The notes under the pieces are model-generated. The model saw only the letters and a list, made by a program, of their open reading frames with translations, was not told the origin of the DNA and ran no database searches. 64,000 nt of DNA, taken from Malacoraja senta (taxonomy: Eukaryota). The translations under genes were made by a program, and so were the position numbers. Numbering within the stretch: the first letter of the stretch is position 1; every line of letters starts with the position of its first letter. This document shows, one piece after another, positions 48,561 through 60,980 of this stretch. Location: contig CM075988.1 in assembly GCA_038087875.1 (NCBI GenBank), forward strand, positions 23,810,001 to 23,874,000, given 5' to 3'.

Positions 48561-51500
48561 TACAGTGTAAAGATACATGATAAGGGAATAATATTTAGTG
48601 CAAGGTAAAGCCAGCAAAGTCCGATCAAGGATAGTCCAAGGGTCATCAATGAGGTCGATAGTATGCTTCGTGGAATGACACAGTGTTGGAGTAACTCAGC
48701 GGGCCAGGCAGCATCCCTGAAGAACATGGATGGGTGGTGTTTCATGTCAGGACTCTTCTTTGGACACATGACAATAATCTCACTAGACTTGACTTGACTT
48801 CAGATCATTATTGCTCAGTTGGATTCTATTTTGTTATACAATGCAAATGATGGGATGATCCTGGAAAGATCTAAAATTATGAAGTTATAAATGTTGTTGG
48901 GTTGCTGAGAACGAGGAACTATGGAATTTAAATATAAGAGATTTATCAAAGGAGGCAAGAGAAATGCCTCACAGTGTTAGGCTGTGGGATTATCTTCCAG
49001 GATTAATGACTGTGGCAGCAATTGAGAAAAATGTAGATCCAATTGGATAGATTTGTGAATGGAAAAGAGAGAAGGAGACAGTCACAACATGCTGGAGTCA
49101 CTCAGCGGGACAAGCAGCACCTCTGGATAGAAGGAATGGGTGACGTTTCGGGTGGAGACCCTTCTTCAGGCTCAGAAGGAGAGAAGGAGAAATGGGAGCA
49201 GCTGAGTGTAGTGAATGATGCCATTATTCAAATGATTGTCAAGCACCAACTGAGACCAGTCAGGGCGCAATGCTCTCATGCCATGTTGCCATCACTTGGC
49301 ATTTCCTCTGCTATTCCTTTTTGACAAATATTTCCAAAACCAGACAGCAGGTCGACATCTTTTCAACTAATTAGGCAATGTTTCTCGAAGAATGTGACTG
49401 CCAGTGTTATCTGCATAATAACAGCAGCTACTTGTTAATAAAATATTACGAGTATTAGACATTTGATGAGCAAGAATGCTGCATAAATGCAGAAATTAGT
49501 GCACATTATTCTGTCTATTCTGTTTCCCATTGCCAAGGACTTCCACAGTTTCAGGAAGCACTGATGTCAATCACTATATTGGCGTGTTCCTATACCAATA
49601 CTAAACAAGATTGATACCAACCCAAGTGTTTAGTTTAGTTTAGAGATACCGACCCTTTTTCCACCGAATCCGTGCCGACCAGCGATCCCCACGCACGAAC
49701 ACTAAGATTGTGAAGGGCTTGGACACACTAGAGGCAGGAAACATGTTCCCGATGTTGGGGGAATCCAGAACCAGGGGCTGCAGTTTAAGAATAAGGAGTA
49801 AGCCATTTAGAACGGAGACGAGGAAACACTTTTTCTCACAGAGAGTGGTGAGTCTGTGGAATTCTCTGCCTCAGAGGGCGGTGGAGGCAGGTTCTCTGGA
49901 TGCTTTCAAGAGAGAGCTAGATAGGGCTCTTAAAAATAGCGGAGTCAGGGGATATGGGGAGATGGCAGGAACGGGGTACTGATTGGGGATGATCAGCCAT
50001 GATCACATTGAATGGCGGTGCTGGCTCGAAGGGCCAAATGGCCTACTCCTGCACCTATTGTCTATTGTCACTTCCCCTACACACAAGGAACAATTTAGAA
50101 TTTTACTGAAGCCAGTAAAATGACTGCATTTTACTACAAACCTGTACACCAGCAATCACCCCGTACACTAGCACTATCCTAGACACACTAGGGACAATTT
50201 ACAATTATACCTAAGCCAATTAACCTACAAACCTGTACGTCTTTGGAGTGTGGGAGGAAACCAGAGCACCCGGAGAAAACCCACGCAGGTCACGGGGAGA
50301 ACGTGCAAACTCCGTACAGACAGCACCCGTAGTCAGGATGGGAACCCGGGTCTCCGGTGCTGAAAGGCAGCAACTCTACCGCTGCGCCACCGTGTTATAA
50401 ACCTGTTAGAATAAAAGTCTCTGCCAGGACCAAATATCCACCCCAAAATGTATTTGAAGAGCAAAGCAGAACATTGAACAACACAGAGTAAACTAGAGAA
50501 TGACAAAGACAGAGAGATGAGACACAAAGCCTGGCTCATATTTCTTTGAAATCAAAAAGAAAGTTGATCTGATCAAATTGTTTAAAATTTAAAAGTATTC
50601 CAAAGGATAGTCATAGAAACGATTTATTTCTCATAAGGAAATCCAGAAGGGATGTAATCTTATTATTTAGAATAGATTGATGGGGAATTGAAGCAGAAAG
50701 CCCTTTTGCGCAGAAATGAACTCAGAGGCTGTGGAGAACGAAGATAATTGAGGTGTAGCAAGGAACTGCAGATGCTGGTTTATACTGAAGATTGACACAA
50801 AGTGCTGGAGTAACTCAGCGGGTCCGACAGCATCTCTGGAGAAAAGGAATAGGTGAGGTTTGGGTCAGAACCCTTCTTTTCTTCAGTCTCATCAGATAAT
50901 TGAGGATTGGGGCAGATGAAGCCAAATCTTACTGCAGCTAAAGTCCACACCTGTATTTTCCAGCTCTATTGAACGGTGTTCAAGAACAAGGAACACTGGC
51001 TGATGTTCCCCTCTCACTCAGTGACACCATGACCAAGTTTAGTGGGGACCAGCTAGCTCCACGAGCATTCCAGAGGAATCGCCGTTTCATCCAGAAGAAC
51101 AATTTGGAGTTAGACACAAAATGCTGGAGTAACTCAGTGGGACAAGCAGCATCTCTGGAGAGAAGGAATAGGTGAAGTTCTTCAGACCCAAAATGTCACC
51201 CATACTTTCTACCCAGAGATGTTGCCTATCCCCCCTGAGTTACCCCAGCCTTTTGGAATCTATCTTCAGTGTAAACCAGCATCTGCAGTTCCTTCTTGAA
51301 CATTTGACAATAGACAATGTCAATAGGTGCAGGAGTAGGCCATTCGGCCCTTCGAGCCAGCACCTCCTTTCAATGTGATTATTGCTGATCATCCCCAATC
51401 AGTACCCCGTTCCTGCCTTCTCCCCATATCCCCTGACTCCGCTATTTTTAAGAGCCCTATCTAGCTCTCTCTTGAAAGCATCCACAGAACCGGCCTCCAC

Positions 51501-52015
51501 TGCTCTCTGAGGCAGAGAATTCCACAGACTCACCACTCTCTGTGAGAAAAAGTGTTTCCTCGTCTCCGTTCTAAATGGCTTACCCCTTATTCTTAAACTG
51601 TGGCCCTTTGGAGTCATTTTGGATTTTGGAGTCATTGCATCTTTTGTAAAATCTTTTTTTTGAGTAATGTTTCCACCCTGCATTCCAATCCCCTTCTACA
51701 ATCTTGCACCATTTGGCTGTTTTCACAGTTCAGTTCAGTTTGAGTTTAGTTTATTGTCACGTGTACCGAGGTACAGTGGAAAGCTTTTGTTGAGTGAAAG
51801 GCAATACACGATCACAATCGAACCATTCAGGGTGCACAGATACATGATGAGGGAATAATGTTTAGTGCAAGGTAAAGCCAATAAAGTCCGATCACAGACA
51901 GTCCGAGGGTCACCAATGAGGTGGATAGTAGTTCAGGACTGCTCTCGTCATTGTATTTATTGCTGCATTTGTCATCACTGTTTGCGTTATGTGTTTTCGG
52001 TGAGCTTCATGTGAA

Positions 52016-52244
52016 AGGGCCGGTCCCACCTTCACGACCTAATTCACCACCTCTGCCGAGTTTGCCCTTGACTCATACTCGCAGCATGGTCGTCACGGGG
52101 TCGTAGGTAGGTCGTAGCGGGCCGTGATGCTAGTCGTAGGTACTCGTGGCATCAAGTAGGTCGGGGCGTTTTTTTCTTGCATGATGAAAAATGTCCACGA
52201 GTAAAAAAGGTCGCGAATTCTGTCGTGAAAGTGGGACAGGCTCT
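52016..52244. mobile_element. PIF/Harbinger-like MITE
   Basis: AGGGCCGGTCCCAC...GTGGGACAGGCTCT ends; shares AAAATGTCCACGAG core with the 2001 and 6764 copies. Confidence 0.75.
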
Positions 52245-52299
52245 TAACAAGTTCACCGCACTCTGGTGTATATGACAAATAAACAAATCTGAATCTGTG

Positions 52300-52443
52300 G
52301 TAGACAAAATTGAGTCTGAAGAAGGGTTTCGGCCCGAAACGTTGCCTATTTCCTTCGCTCCATAGATGCTGCCGTACCCGCTGAGTTTCTCCAGCACTTT
52401 TGTCTACCTTGGATTTTCCAGCATCTGCAGTTCCTTCTTAAAC
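52300..52443 (+). mobile_element. Short PLE pLTR-only insertion
   Basis: pLTR sequence with hammerhead-like core; 17-bp TSD ACAAATCTGAATCTGTG at 52283-52299 and 52444-52460. Confidence 0.8.
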
Positions 52444-52899
52444 ACAAATCTGAATCTGTGTAGGAAGGAACTGCAGATGCTGGTTTACACCGAAGATAGA
52501 CACAAAATGCTGGAGCAACCCAGTGGGAACAGGCAGCATCTCTGGAGAAAAGGAATAGGTGATGTTTCGGGTCGAGAAGAAGGATCTGTCTGAAGAAGTG
52601 TCTCAGCCCGAAAACATCACCCATTCCTTTTCTCCAGAGATGCTGCCTGACCCACTGGGTTACTCCAGTTGTTTGTGTCTATAATCTGTCCCCTGCCATG
52701 TTCAAACAGAGTCTCCCCAGCCAGCAGGAAGGCAAGGAGCCAGGATTCAGTGGGATTCTAGCAACTGATTGAGAGATGATGTGCAGGATGTCAGTCCTTT
52801 CCTAGCTCACCAGGGCGAAACGTTTTTGGTTCAAATACCCCTCGTTCAGTCACTCAGTCAGTCTGGGTGGAATCTACACAAAGCCTGCTTTAAGCTCCT

Positions 52900-52948
52900 T
52901 CTCTGAATCTTTAATTGGCCATTTCGGTTTGCCCTGCATGCGCGCCGA

Positions 52949-52981
<33 letters not shown>

Positions 52982-53400
52982 TGCTTGCCTCTCCCTCTCT
53001 CCTGGTGTTATTTTACTTCACTCTCAGTCTCTTTTTTTCCCCAAATTCTTTTCCCCAGGGCTGCGTACACTTGGCCTGGACATGTCTGCTAAATATAGCC
53101 CTGCCCTAATGTGTAGCCGGTCGGTCGGCTTCACTCAGTGTTAACCATTTGCCCAAAAGTGAAGTATATTTCCAGAGCTGTGTTCAGCATGATGTTGTTG
53201 CCCAAGATATTTCCCCCCCCAGATTGTGTAACTTTGTGATTGATCCTATTGCCGTCTGTTGCTGCTGCTGCTGCTGCAGTACATAGGAAACTAAGAATCT
53301 CGGAGCAGGGAGGTGCAGTAACTGTAACTAATACCCATCCCCCACTCCTTGGACTCCTTTCAGTCCAGGCAATATAAGAGTCTTCTCTCTCTCTCACTCA
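52900..53400 (+). promoter_or_regulatory. Unique regulatory/5'UTR-exon-like island
   Basis: Long polypyrimidine tract ending TTCCCCAG|G (53058), p53/p63 half-site GGACATGTCT (53078-53087), MEF2 site CTAAATATAG (53089-53098), TGATTGAT and a (GCT)n tract. Confidence 0.35.
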
Positions 53401-56400
53401 CACACACACACACACACACACACACATGCACGCATTGTTCCTCCCTGCTTCCAGTTCTCTAGTATTTCCCGTGTCAGTCTATATCTACCTGTATTTCTCC
53501 ATCTCCTCTTTCTCTCCTTCCCCTCTTTCAACCCCTCCACCACTCCCCCTCTTTCAACCCCTCCACCACTCCCCTCTTTCAAGCCCTCCTTCACACTCTC
53601 TGCCCATCCATTTTTCTTTCACTCCAAAGACAGACACAAAATGCTGGAGTAACTCGGCTGGTCAGCGAGCATCTCTGGAGAAAAGGAACAGGTGACTTTT
53701 CGGGATCAACACCCTTGTTCAGACTCCAGCATTTTGTGTCTATCTTCAGTGTAAACCAACGGCTGCAGTCTGAAGAAGGGTCTCGACCCAAAACGTCGCC
53801 TATTCCTTCTCTCCATTGATGCTGCCTCACCCGCTGAGTTCCTCCAGCATTTTTGTCCACCTTCTGCAGTTTCTTCCTACACTTTCTTTCACCCTACCTC
53901 CCTTTACAGTGCCTGCATCGTTTTATATTTCCCCTGTGCTTTTCCCATTCTGTCTTCTTACAGAAATGTTTTAATTCATATTTATTTGGGGTCATCTGAG
54001 CATGGCTGGCAAGGCCAGCATTGGTTGGCCTTGTGTAGATGGTGGTGACACCTTCTTGCTTTGATATAGCCTTACTGATGGAGTCCCACAGTGATGTTGG
54101 ATAGGGAGTCTGGACCCAGTAATGATGAAGAAGGACCAGCAGTATATTTTCAAGTAGACAATAGTCAGTCAGTCAGTCACTTTTATTTCTATAGCACATT
54201 TAAAAAACAACTCTCGTTGGCCAAAGTGCTTCACATTGGTGGAGATACTAACGTTATACAACAGACAATAGACAATAGACAATAGGTGCAGGAGTAGGCC
54301 ATTCGGCCCTTCGAGCCAGCACCGCCATTCAATGTGATCATGGCTGATCATCCACAATCAGTACCCCGTTCCTGCCTTCTCCCCATATCCCCCGATTCCA
54401 CTATCTTTAAGAGCCCTATCTAGCTCTCTCTTGAAAGCATCCACAGAACCTGCCTCCACCGCCCTCTGAGGCAGAGAATTCCACAGACGTAGGAACGGTG
54501 CGTGACATTGCGAAGAAGCCGCAAGTGTTAGTGTTTCCATGAGCCTGAAAGTTTGCAAGTTTCGATCGCAAGTTTGAGAAGTGCTAAGTATGTAATTGCA
54601 GGTAGACAAAAACGCTGGAGAAACTCAGCGGGTGAGGCAGCATCCAGGGAGCGAAGGAAATAGGCGATGTTTCGAGTCGACCCAAAACGTGGCTGGAAGA
54701 AGGGTCTCGACCTGAAACGTTGCCTATTCCGTCACTCCCTAGATGCTGCCTCACCCGCTGAGTTTCACCAGCATTTTAGATTTTTCCAGCACCTGCAGTT
54801 CTTTTTTAAACAAGTAATTGCGATGCTTTTTATGAGGGGTACACACTGCAACCACTCTACTCCGATAGTGAAGGGGCTAAATGTTTAGGTGGTACACCAA
54901 TGAAGTGGACCGAAGAAGGGTCTCGACCCGAAACATCACCCATTCCATCTCCCCAGAGATGCTGCCTGTCCTGCTGAGTTACTCCAGCATTTTTTTGTCA
55001 ATCAAATACACTGTTTCTTGGGTGGTGTCGAATTTCTTGAATGTTTTTTGGGTGTTTCCTTATCCATAGAAATTGAGGCTATTCCAACACATTCTTGACT
55101 CGTGAACAGTGGAAAGGCTTTTGTCCATCATAAGGTGAGTCATCGGAATCTGACTTGCTCTTGTAGTCACCGGATTTACATGGGCAGATCCAATTGATCT
55201 TCTCGTTAATAGTTACCCTTCTAAGATGGTGAATGGTGGGGGGCACAGTGCAGCAGCAGCAACGCCGTTCAATGTCAATGAGGTGGTTAGATTCATATTA
55301 GAGTCACACTTGCTCACACCGGCCAAATGTTTATACTAGTCCCGCCTGCCTGCGTTTGGCCGATATCCCTCTAAACTTGTCCAATCCATGGCGTAGGTTA
55401 TCCTCTCTATGAAGAGAGCCTTTAGACAATAGACAATGGACAATAGGTGCAGGAGTAGGCCATTTGGCCCTTCGAGCCAGCACCGCCATTCAGTGTGATC
55501 ATGGCTGATCATCGCCAATCAGTACCCCGTTCCAGCCTTCTCCTCATATCCCCTGACTCCGCTATTTTTAAGAGCCCTATCTAGCTCTCTCTTGAAAGCA
55601 TCCAGAGAACCTGCCTCCACCGCCCTCTGAGGCAGAGAATTCCACAGACTCACCACTCTCTGTGAGAAAAAGTGTTTCCTCGTCTCCGTTCTAAATGGCT
55701 TAAACTGTGGCCCCTTTATTCCCATCAGCACTGTCCAATGGTCATCTGGTAATGCTCATGAACAGATGTGTCTCTTAGTAGAAACATGGTCATAGGTTTA
55801 TTCTTTGTATCTGTCCTCTCACTGACTGCTACAGAGCCAGTCTGGTACCATTCAGGACTCAGCCGGCTTGGTTGTTGGTGGTGGTGGTGGTGGCCACCAA
55901 GCCACTGTGGTTTTGGATGTTGAAGTCGTCCACCCAGAGTACATTCTGTGGCCCTTGTTACTTTCAATGCTTCCTCCAAGTGTTGATCAATAGGGAGAGG
56001 GGCTGATGTTACAGCTGACGGATGACAGTAGATGGCAATTTTTCCTTGCTCATTTAGTTTAGTTTAGAGATACAACCGGGCAACAGTCCCTTCGGCCCAC
56101 CAAGTCCGCACTACCCAGCAATCTACACACATTATGTTTTCAAGAGAGAATGAGATAGAGCTCTTAGGCCTAACGGAATCAAGGGATATGGGGGGAAAAG
56201 CAGGAACGGGGATACTGATTTTGGATGATGATCATATTGAATGGCTCAAAGGGCCGAATAGCCTACTCCTGCACCTATTTTATATGTTTCTATTAACACT
56301 ATCCTACACACACTAGGGACAATTTAAATTTTATACCAAGCCAATTAACCAACAAACCTGTACGTCTTTGAAGTGTGGGTGGAAACTGAAGATCTTGGAG

Positions 56401-56585
56401 AAAACCCACGCAGGTCATGTTTGTGTGGATGCTATGAAGCTAACAATCACATTGTGGGTCCAGTATTGCTCAGTTGTTGGTCCACCTTGTTGGTCGGGTG
56501 GGAAATGCCTACAGCTTGTAATGAATGAGCTGGCACTTTGCATGGAAGTACAGCCCAATTTGTTTAACTAGACTACTTCTGCAGT

Positions 56586-57155
56586 TGTGAGACTACACCT
56601 GGAGTATTGTGTGCAGTTTTGGTCCCCTAATTTGAGGAAGGACATTCTTGCTATTGAGGGAGTGCAGCGTAGGTTTACAAGGTTAATTCCCGGGATGGCT
56701 GGACTGTCATATGCTGAGAGAATGGAGCAGCTGGGCTTGTACACTCTGGAGTTTAGAAGGATGAGAGGGGATCTCATTGAAACATATAAGATTGTTAAGG
56801 GCTTGGACACGCTAGAGGCAGGAAACATGTTCCCGATGTTGGGGGAGTCCAGAACCAGGGGCCACGGTTTAAGAATAAGGAGTAAGCCATTTAGAATGGA
56901 GACGAGGAAACACTTTTTCTCACAGAGAGTGGTGAGTCTGTGGAATTCTCTGCCTCAGAGGGTGGTGGCGGCCGGTTCTCTGGATGCTTTCAAAAGAGAG
57001 CTAGATAGGGCTCTTAAAAATAGCGGAGTCAGGGGATATGGGGAGAAGGCAGGAACGGGGTACTGATTGGGGATGATCAGCCATGATCACATTGAATGGC
57101 GATGCTGGCTCGAAGAGCCAAATGGCCCACTCCTGCGCCTATTGTCTATTGTCTA
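56586..57155 (+). mobile_element. CR1/HER1-type LINE 3' fragment
   Basis: Open ORF2 C-terminus (HLEYCVQFWSP...GEKAGTGY*) plus 3' UTR and CTATTGT tail. Shorter copies at ~13706-14090(-), 39124-39571(-), 43395-43695(-), 49703-50069(+), 51305-51607(-), 54264-54487(-), 55424-55712(-), 63590-63740(+). Confidence 0.92.
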
Positions 57156-58171
57156 TAGACTGCACTATTTTGGACGCCAGATATTTGTGAGGAGGACCTT
57201 GCAAGGTCAACTATGCTGAAAGTGACTTCAACGTGACTGCGTTGACAGACAGTGTTTTGCTTTGCCATTTCAGAGTCAGGCTGATCTGTTAGGATCGGAG
57301 TCACACACAGACCAGACTTAATAAGGATCCTGACCCAAAAACGTCACCTCTCCATGTCCTCCAGAGATGCTGAGGAAGAAGAACTGCAGATGCTGGTTTA
57401 CATGAAAGATAGGCACAAAATGCTGGTGTATCTCAGTGTGTCGGGCAGCATCTCTGGAAAAAAGGAATAGGTGATGTTGGCGATCTTGTCCCTTCATCAA
57501 ACTTATTGTCAGGGAGGGGGACACTGGAGGTATGGGAAGGTACAGAACAAAGTAGATCCCACATTGATTTATTACTTTGTCCCCAGCCAACAATTGACCA
57601 TTGTGGGCTCCACTATTCCTGAGTCATCGATGCAGGCTCTGCTTTGTTCTGTACTTTCCCATATTTCCAATGTCCCCCCTCCCTGACTCTTAGTCTAAAG
57701 AAGGGACTCGACCCGAAACATCACCTATTCCTTTTCTCCAGAGATGCTTCTTGAAGGGCCGAATGGCTTGAACGGTCGAATGGCCTACTCCTACATCTAT
57801 TGTCTATTGTCTATTGTCCCACTGGGTTTCTCCAGCACTTTGTGTTCTATAAGGATGACAGATTTCCTCCCATATTAGACGTGGACAGAGGATGAGTAAT
57901 CTGTGGCAAAGGCAAGAGTTGACCGGATGGGTATTTACAAAAGTCTGGTTGTTTTGTGGTCATTATTATTTACAATCAGTTGTTTTTAAAAGAAAATCGT
58001 GTTTCTGGATAATTAGTGCAGATTTAGTTTGGTTTAGAGAATCAGCGCGGAAACAGGCCCTTCGGCCCACCGAGTCCGCTCCGGCCAGCGACCACTCCGC
58101 ACACTAGCACTATTCTACACACACCAGGGACAATTTTATAATTATACCAAGCCAATTAAGCTATAAACCTG

Positions 58172-58287
58172 AGGTACACAAAAATGCTGGAGAAACTCAG
58201 CGGGTGCAGCAGCATCTATGGAGCGAAGGAAATAGGTAACGTTTCGGGCTGAAACCCTTCTTCAGACGCTTCTTCACACCCTTCTTC
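58172..58287 (-). mobile_element. Short PLE pLTR-only insertion inside a SINE
   Basis: 14-bp TSD AAGCTATAAACCTG at 58158-58171 and 58288-58301; interrupts an HE1-like SINE. Confidence 0.8.
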
Positions 58288-60604
58288 AAGCTATAAACCT
58301 GTATGTCTTTGGAGTGTGGGAGGAAACCAGAGCACCCGGAGAAAACCCATGTGGTCACGGGGAGAGCGTGCAAACTCCGTACAGACAGCACCCGTAGTCA
58401 GTATTGAACCCGGGTCTCTGGCACTGCAAGGCAGCAACTCTACCGCTGCACCACCATGCCATTTGTGGTTACTAGTCTGGTAATGTAACCGCTGCACCAT
58501 GTAGATGCCTGCATTCTCTGCCAGTGCTTATTCAAGCCGGTATCGTGTGCAGGTCCACACCTGGGCACCGTCTGGCATTCTCCTTCTCCTTGTCTTGGGA
58601 GAGTGAAACAGATAATGAGACAGATAGAACCTCAACGTTCAATCCACGTAGACTGAGAATCAAAACAGGCCAAACAAACCCCATCCGGTCAGCTCCTTGA
58701 TGACTTCAAGCGTGGTCCTGTCAGGGTACAGGTTGGATAGTGTACGGATAACCTTTGCTAAGGCAGAGTTCTGACACTCCCTATTGCTGGACACTACATG
58801 GATGGGACAGATAGAGCTCTTAAAGATAGCAGAGTCAAGGGATATGGGGAGAAGGCAGGAACGGGGTACTGATTGGGGATGATCAGCCATGATCACAGTG
58901 AATGGCGGTGCTGGCTCGAAGGGCCAAATGGCCTACTCCTGCACCTATTGTCTATTGTCTATTGTCAGGTTTGGAGGGACATGGGCCAAACGCAGGCAGG
59001 TGATGGATGGGACATGTTGGTCGGCATGGGCAAGTTGGGCTGAAGGGCCTGTTTCCACGCTGTATGACAATTACTCTCTCACTCTCATAATACAATAATG
59101 AGTCCAGAGACACACAATGGTCTTGTTGGTTCATTTCTCTCCTGTCTTCAAGTTGTGCATTTAAACTTGTTTCTGCATCAAACTGGTGATGTTTATAAAA
59201 AGTGATTCTTTTTTTTTTACAATAGTTTTTCCTTCCCAAAAATTGTTGTTTGGTGCCAGGGGACACTTTGTAATGAGACAGATAGAACCTCAACCAAGAT
59301 GGGGCTTCAGTAACATGGATAGACACAAAATGCTGGAGTAACTCAGCGGGACAGGCAGCATCCCTGGAGAGAAGGAATGGGTGACGGATGTTTCGGGTCG
59401 AGACCCTTCTTCAGACAAAATGTAGTTATCAGCAACACGGATGTTGTAATTACAATACAATACCGTTTATTGTTATTTGAACCTCAAATGAAGTTCAAAC
59501 GAAATTTGGTTTCTGCAGTCAAACAACAAGAAAAGAACCAAGACAATTTACACAAACATCCATCATAGTGAATCTCCTCCTCACTGTGATGGAAGGCAAA
59601 GTCTTGTCTCTCCCCTGCTCTCCATTCTTCTCCCGATGTCAAAGCCCACTGAGCACACACCCAGTGTTGTGTGTCTGGGGAGGGAGGGAGGGTTGGTGGT
59701 GGTGGGCGTGTGTGTGTGTGGGAAAGGTGGGTGCCCTATGTCATTGCAAAGTTATCCCATTATGTCGTATCCCCATCGCGTGAGCCAAACTGTAGTGAGT
59801 AGGAAGGAACTGCAGATGCTGGCTTAAACCGAAGATCGACACAGCATGCTGGAGTAACTCAGCGGGACAGGCAGCATCTCTGGAGAGAAGGAACGGGTGA
59901 CATTTCGGGTCCAGACACTTCTTCAGACAAAATGTTGTCTGCTCCAGCCGATTGCTACTTTCTTGGGCCAGCTCAGACATTATAAACAGAAAGGCTTGAT
60001 TAGAACTGTTGTGAAATATTTGGAAATATCCAAGCAGAATCAAGACTTGAAGACCTGCAAAGAGACTTGGTATTTTCTCCTCTTTAGGAACTTTTTAAGG
60101 AATTTTTGTTTTTTTTTAATTCCTTGGATCTTATAGAGGTGTACAAAATCATGAGAGGAATAGAGTTAATTATACAGTCTCTTGCTCAGAGTAGGGGAAT
60201 CGAGAACCAGAGGACATAGGTTTAAGATGAGGGGGGAAAGATTTAATAGGAACCTGAGGGGTAACGTTTCTGCTCAAAGGGTGGTGGGTGTATGGAACGA
60301 GCTGCCAGAAGAGGTAGTTGAGGCAGGGACTATCGCAATGTTTAAGAAACAATTGGACAGGTACAAGGATAGGACAGGTTTAGAGGGATATGGGCCAAAC
60401 ACAGGCATGTGGGACTAGTGTGGATGGCACATGTTGGTTGGTGTGGGCAAGTTGGGCCGAAGGACCTGTTTCCACACTTAATCTCTCTAAGACCATTCTC
60501 ATTGAAACCTTCTTCAGATGCTGTGTGTAATTCCTCTGACAATATAATTGTCACACACTTTCCAGCAAGTATCTTTAATTAGAAAGAGAGACTTGAATTT
60601 ATAT

Positions 60605-60980
60605 GTTTAAGAAGGAACTGCAGATGCTGGAAAATTGAAGGTAGACAAAAGTGCTGGAGAAACTCAGTGGGTGAGGCAGCATCTATGGAGCGAAGGAAAT
60701 AGGCAACGTTTCGGGCCGAAACCCTACTTCAGACTGATGAAGGGTGGGGGGGCAGGAAGAAGAAAGGAGAAAGGAAGAGGAGGAGCCAGAGGGCTGAGGG
60801 AGAGCTGAGAAGGGGAGGGGACAGCAAGAGCTACCAGAAATTGGAGAAGTCAATGTTTATGCTGCTAGGGTGCAGACTGCCCAGTGCTGCCCCTCCAATT
60901 TCCGGTGGTGCTCACCCTGGCCATGGAGGAGGCCCAGGACAAAGAGGTCGGATTCAGAATGGGAGGGGGAGTTGAAGTGA
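60605..60980 (-). mobile_element. PLE 3' fragment
   Basis: Same family; TSD ACTTGAATTTATAT at 60591-60604 and 60981-60994. Confidence 0.88.
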
